A stretch of DNA of 63,883 nt, counting the filler, from Saprolegnia diclina VS20 (lineage: Eukaryota), in NCBI RefSeq assembly GCF_000281045.1. It is 12 parts of 6 records of this genome, joined end to end, with 100 filler letters (N's around TTAATTAATTAA, not from the genome) between each part and the next. Parts side by side here need not be neighbours in the genome. Positions count along the whole stretch, not along the records: positions 58,926 to 62,781 come from NW_008246146.1; positions 62,882 to 63,883 come from NW_008246152.1; 10 more parts are not named here. One strand, written 5' to 3'. Below the pieces are notes generated by a model. The model was not told where the DNA came from. It was given only the letters and a program-made list of their open reading frames with translations, and ran no database searches. Positions 58,926 to 63,883 of this stretch are shown one piece after another. Numbering within the stretch: the first letter of the stretch is position 1; each line of letters starts with the position of its first letter. A program made the translations under genes and the position numbers.

Positions 58926-61900
58926 CCGATTCGAGCCACCGCTGCGATCGATCGTCATTGCACACGCGTCAATGTGGATGCCGTCGTGACGTGCCGCAGT
59001 GGCGTTGTGAACCTCGGGTCTTTTGATCGCGCGTGGCTCATTCCAGGTGTGAACGCTATGGCTGTCGGGCTCTCGTATAGTGCCGTCTGGGCGTCTAGTG
59101 TGCTGAGACGGAAGCCCTGGGACGAACCCGACCGTGCACCCCATACGCACTTGATCTCGGCTGGTGCCGAAGCGTTCTTGGCGCCAAAGGAAGCCGACAT
59201 ATGGAGCTTAGACGCATCGACAGCGGCCATGAGTGGCTTTCTCCGCTTCCGCTTCCAGTCGCTCCGGTGCATTTTTGATACAAAACTATGGCTCTTCTTC
59301 TTTGCTGATACGGACCCAGTTGTGATCAAGTCGCTTGTTGGCCCCTACGAGTCAATGTCGCGGATGGCCACCCCCGTCGCTGTCTCTAGCTCGGTCTTAG
59401 CAGCGCTCAAGGTCTGGAGTGGTCTGATCTACCTCGCCGTGACGGCGGTCGGTAGTGTCTCGTATCTGCGGCTCTCGACTGTGAATTTGGCCAACGATCT
59501 TTGGTGGGCCACGTACAACACCACGGGGACGCAGACATTTCTCTCCAACTGGTTCAACCGATACCTTTTCTTCAACGCTTCTCAACCGGCTACGCGCCTC
59601 GATCTCCCAGTGTATGCCGACACGACTGACTACTCACCTCCGAATACGCGGGTTTCCTACGCCCTGCCCTACGCAAGACTCGTCCAGTACGAGTCGGGAA
59701 GGGACCTCGCCATGATGATTCAAGGTCTTCGCTCCATGGACGCCTGTAACGCGCCGTGGATCGCTACCAGTTATTGCTGGCTCGACTTTGATCGGCAAAT
59801 CGAGATGGCCAACACANNNNNNNNNNNNNNNNNNNNNNNNNNNNNNNNNNNNNNNNNNNNNNNNNNNNNNNNNNNNNNNNNNNNNNNNNNNNNNNNNNNN
59901 NNNNNNNNNNNNNNNNNNNNNNNNNNNNNNNNNNNNNNNNNNNNNNNNNNNNNNNNNNNNNNNNNNNNNNNNNNNNNNNNNNNNNNNNNNNNNNNNNNNN
60001 NNNNNNNNNNNNNNNNNNNNNNNNNNNNNNNNNNNNNNNNNNNNNNNNNNNNNNNNNNNNNNNNNNNNNNNNNNNNNNNNNNNNNNNNNNNNNNNNNNNN
60101 NNNNNNNNNNNNNNNNNNNNNNNNNNNNNNNNNNNNNNNNNNNNNNNNNNNNNNNNNNNNNNNNNNNNNNNNNNNNNGTATCGACGTGGCCAACTTCCCG
60201 CAGAAGAGAATCTCAGGACATCGTATTTGGTCTCGGCCAGCGCAAAAGCGTTTTTGGCGCCGACGCAAGACGTTTGGACGATGGACGGGTCGACGGCTGT
60301 CATGTGCGGTTTCCTTCGCACTCGCTTTGGCTGCCGGCAGTACATCTTCGACACAAAGCTCTGGAGCGTGTTTTATAAAGGCGACGTCGGTCCTGTCTTT
60401 GACATTGCAGGCAGCAGACCAAGGGCAGAGGCAGGCTCCAAGCTTCTCGCTGTGAATGGGCGTCTTTTCGCACGGATCAAAATCGGACTCGGGCTTCTCT
60501 ACCTCGTTGCGAGTGCCGTTGGCAGTGCCACGTACCTTAGGCTTTCGACTGTGAATTTGGCCAACGACCTTTGGTGGGCGACGTACAACAGCACGGGGAC
60601 GCAAACCTTTCTCTCCAACTGGTTCAACCGATACCTCTTTTTCAACGCATCTCAGCCATCCACGCGTCTGGACTTGTTGGCCTTTGCTGATACGACCGAT
60701 TATTCAGCACACGACACTTTGATCGCGTACAGCCCCAACTACGCAAGGCTCGTGCAATACGAGTCAGGAAGGGACCTCACCATGATGATTCAAGGTCTTC
60801 GCTCCATGGACGCCTGCAACGCGCCGTGGATCGCTACCAGCTACTGCTGGCTCGACTTTGATCGACAAATCGAGATGGCCAACACACTTGGTCGTCAAGC
60901 GCGATGTGACGCCAAGTACCATAGTAATGGCGCTGTCTACTTGGAGTCGATTCTCAGAAATGTCGACTGGCCCACGTTTGAGTCGTGCTGGGGCACCTCG
61001 TTTGAGATTGGGGTTGCAAAAGACATTGGCTCTCTCAAGCCCAACGGCGCTGCCTGGCTAAAGTCTCTGACCAGCGGCTCCAGCCTCTCTGTGGTCGATG
61101 AAGCCAAAGTGTGGCAGTCGCTGGGTGTTTTGACGTATACGACGCAGTGGCAAAACTACAAGGCACTCGGCCTCCATGACGTTTTCTCAATTGAGAATGC
61201 GTTGGGAATGATGTACGATATGACGCTTCAGTCCACGAACGGCTCGTATCAGTCGTCCATGTCGACGTCGTGGAAGACATATTGGACGTTTGCGAGTGAT
61301 CTCTGGGCGATCGCAACCAATGGTTCTGGGATCGCAGGGAGGTCGCTCTTACGGCCAAGTGCCCACTTTGCCTTTGCCAATACGTCTCTGCAGTCTCTTA
61401 TGGTCTTGAATTCGACACTGCAGACCCCACTCGATGGTGCCCTACGCGCTTTCAGCGATTCCATTGGCCCGTTTGGTGCGGTGGACATGTACCACGTGCA
61501 ATATCCGCCGTCGCTTGCAATACTGGTGCGTGATATCCGTGAAGCGCTCGGTGTCATACTCGCCAATACGAGCTCGAACGCTCAAGAAGATTATGCCAAC
61601 CTCATTTTGATGAACTCGATGAGTCCCGTCCCACGCCGCCTCGATCGAAACATGTACCTCTGCGCGAGCGGCAACATCTTGTGCGGCCAAGTGCCTCGGG
61701 ACTTGAATTTGTCGTACGGGCTTTTGGAGTTCACGGGCGTCGACACCATGTGCCACACCAGCTTCAACGAGTGGGTCTCCGTCTCTCCGATGCAAGCGAT
61801 CGTTAGCGTCATTGGCGCTGGGATCCCACTCGACCCGACGACGTTGATTCCGGTAGCATGTACGGCCGAAGCGGTGGCGTTGACACAGTGCCTGGCGTTT

Positions 61901-62781
61901 CTCGACAGCGTATCGACCTTTGTGTCGAGATACTTATCCACGACCGTGCTTCAATCCTACCGATCTCAAGCGTTAGTCGTTGAGACGGATGTCCTCCAAA
62001 CCTCGGTTGGTGTCGTGCAGTACGTCCGCCATGTACCGACCAACCGCGTTGAGCTCTTCCATCAAGTGCTTTTTGATCCATCCGATGCGACCATGACGTA
62101 CACGAGCTACGCCCTCGCGTACGACTGGGTCGTCGGCGGGCGTGAAGCGCTATCGGTTCAAGGTGACACGTCGTCCATGGCACTTTTGTCGGCGGCATCG
62201 TACTTGGCCACGCTGGCGGCAAGTAGTATCGAGGTACCGCGCAATGTTGCTGCGTACCTCCGAGGTCTCTGTCAGTACGTTTCATTTGTGCTCGTGGCCC
62301 TCGCTTCTGTCACTGCCCTCTACGCTCTTTTTGGTGGCAGCGCTGGCGAGGGCCTCAACCTCTTCAAAATCAACCGCGTCGGTGGCATGATCTGGGTCGG
62401 CCGGCCGCTGCTTTTGGCGCGCAGCTTCACCGCGCTGTGTATTCTGAGCACAGCAACCCTTCAGCTTGAGAAAACAGGCATGGTAACCCTTCTGGTAGCG
62501 CACGCGGCGTCGTCCTCCCGAGGGGTCGCAGCCCTCACGCAGATCCTCGCGGCCGGCGAAGTCGGCTGGCTCGTCTACATCTTTGACGACATTTGCATGC
62601 CACTGACACGAGAGCTCAGTGCTGCGTACGCGTTCAAGGCGTCTATCCTCACGTGGTTCATTGTTGCTGCCCTCAGCTTTACGAGTCCCGTCTCGCACAG
62701 CGCCACCATCCAGCGATCATGTACGCTGATCGAGATGGACTTTGAGATGATGTGCCACAGCGGCGTCATCGCCATTGGCTC
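58926..62781 (+). CDS. Large Saprolegniales-type multi-pass membrane protein with repeated extracellular modules; partial, two similar module starts separated by a gap
   Basis: SYLRLSTVNLANDLWWATYN.TGTQTFLSNWFN...IQGLRSMDACNAPWIATSYCWLDF occurs at ~59460-59816 and ~60530-60890. ORF 60227 onwards continues through NGAVYLESILRN, WQNYK and NRVGGMIWVGRPLL TM segments. Confidence 0.8.
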
Positions 62782-63094
62782 NNNNNNNNNNNNNNNNNNN
62801 NNNNNNNNNNNNNNNNNNNNNNNNNTTAATTAATTAANNNNNNNNNNNNNNNNNNNNNNNNNNNNNNNNNNNNNNNNNNNNCCTCCTACTCGAAGCAAAA
62901 ACGCATGTCGCGGCCGAAACATACGTCGCTTCGAACCGGATCACGCCCATTGACATTGACAGTGACGTTGCGCGCGTCACGGCCTCCGACGGTGCCCGTG
63001 GGTGGCGCCAGAAGACTCTCCACGTCTGAGAGGCGTCCGTCGCGCAGCGCTGAAAACACCTATGCGTCTCTATTGGCCGCCGATATCAACGACA

Positions 63095-63356
63095 AGGATC
63101 CTGAAGAAGAGAAGGCCAGCTTGACGCATGTGTGCAGCACCATGTAACCATGGACATGCATGGAGCGCAAAGCCTGCAGCTAACAACGTGGATGACGGCG
63201 ACGATGTTGTCGAGGAAGGCGACTACGATGAGGACGATGTTGAGCAGTATGACTGGTGCGAGGTCGAGGATCCTGAAGAAGAGAAGGCCAGCTTGACGCA
63301 TGTGTGCAGCACCATGTAACCATGGACATGCATGGAGCGCAAAGCCTGCAGCTAAC
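63095..63356. repeat. 90-bp exact direct repeat (63095-63184 and 63267-63356; period 172)
   Basis: AGGATCCTGAAGAAGAGAAGGCC...GCCTGCAGCTAAC appears twice. Confidence 0.92.
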
Positions 63357-63883
63357 GTCGACAAACCAGTCCCTATTTAGATCGTTAGATGTGACGTTTA
63401 TTCGCGCTAACCAACACGGCAGTTCTGACTGTAAGCGCTATGCAGGAAGATTGTCGCATACGTGCACGGAAGTACTATTATAGTAGTAGACAACAGTCCC
63501 TCTTCATACTCTGTTAGTCTACGTCCAATCAAATACAGTAGCCCAGAAAGTTCATCAGGATGCGGACGCGACACGAGGTAGCATGCTGCGCACGTCGCCA
63601 GTCTATCGATGTTGTCAAGCCAGAGCTCGTCCAAGCAGGCACCAAGCAGGATAGTTGCTTGGATGATGTGCGACTCGCATGAAGTGTCGGTTGAATGAAC
63701 GAAATCAAGCAAAGTTTGGTGACGAGAAGTTATGAACGACCAACTCTAGTCTTACACTACCGTACCCGTCGTCTTGGGTTGCTCGGCAAGTGGCACAGAC
63801 ACGTCGACGGGAATGGCCATGGGCATCGACTTTGGCGAGACGCTCTGCATCTGAACGTAGGGCACGACAACTGGCGGTGCCAT

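Noticed and set aside
8083..62881. Recurrent TTAATTAATTAA palindrome as a biological repeat, CRISPR-like array or recombination site
   Set aside because: Always centred in ~100-nt N spacers and gives stops in all six frames, so it is an assembly linker.
63400..63883. Possible integrase zinc-binding relic on the minus strand (CAAC...SGLL)
   Set aside because: Similarity is too weak and interrupted to call without a profile search.

Overview
Eukaryotic, GC-rich draft-assembly sequence. Very short GT-AG introns and lineage-typical families (elicitin-like, 'CTTxAMDxAA' ankyrin repeats, 'NDLWWATYN' multi-TM proteins, SHAW/TPR proteins) point to a saprolegnian oomycete, probably Saprolegnia (inference). 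The window is cut by 11 artificial N-TTAATTAATTAA-N linkers and 5 plain N gaps, so adjacency across those points is unproven. Recognisable genes: ABCG and ABCC transporters (plus ABCA and ABCC fragments), CEP104, an MDR-family oxidoreductase, an OvoA-type sulfoxide synthase, a short UVSSA-like gene, a head-to-head pair of paralogous four-RGS-domain genes, an EF-hand protein, TAF13, an elicitin-like GPI protein, MRE11, a HET/TIR-like-TPR protein and a large multi-TM protein. Mobile or decayed DNA includes a Ty3/Gypsy relic, a 338-bp PIF/Harbinger-type MITE with TGA target-site duplication, a ~1-kb inverted repeat pair around an amino-acid permease pseudogene, and a GCN1 pseudogene. Best leads: the OvoA with an organelle-like presequence and non-canonical C-terminus, the 4xRGS divergent pair, the HET/TIR-like-TPR protein and a possibly domesticated transposase-derived gene. 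All calls come from reading motifs by eye; no searches were run.
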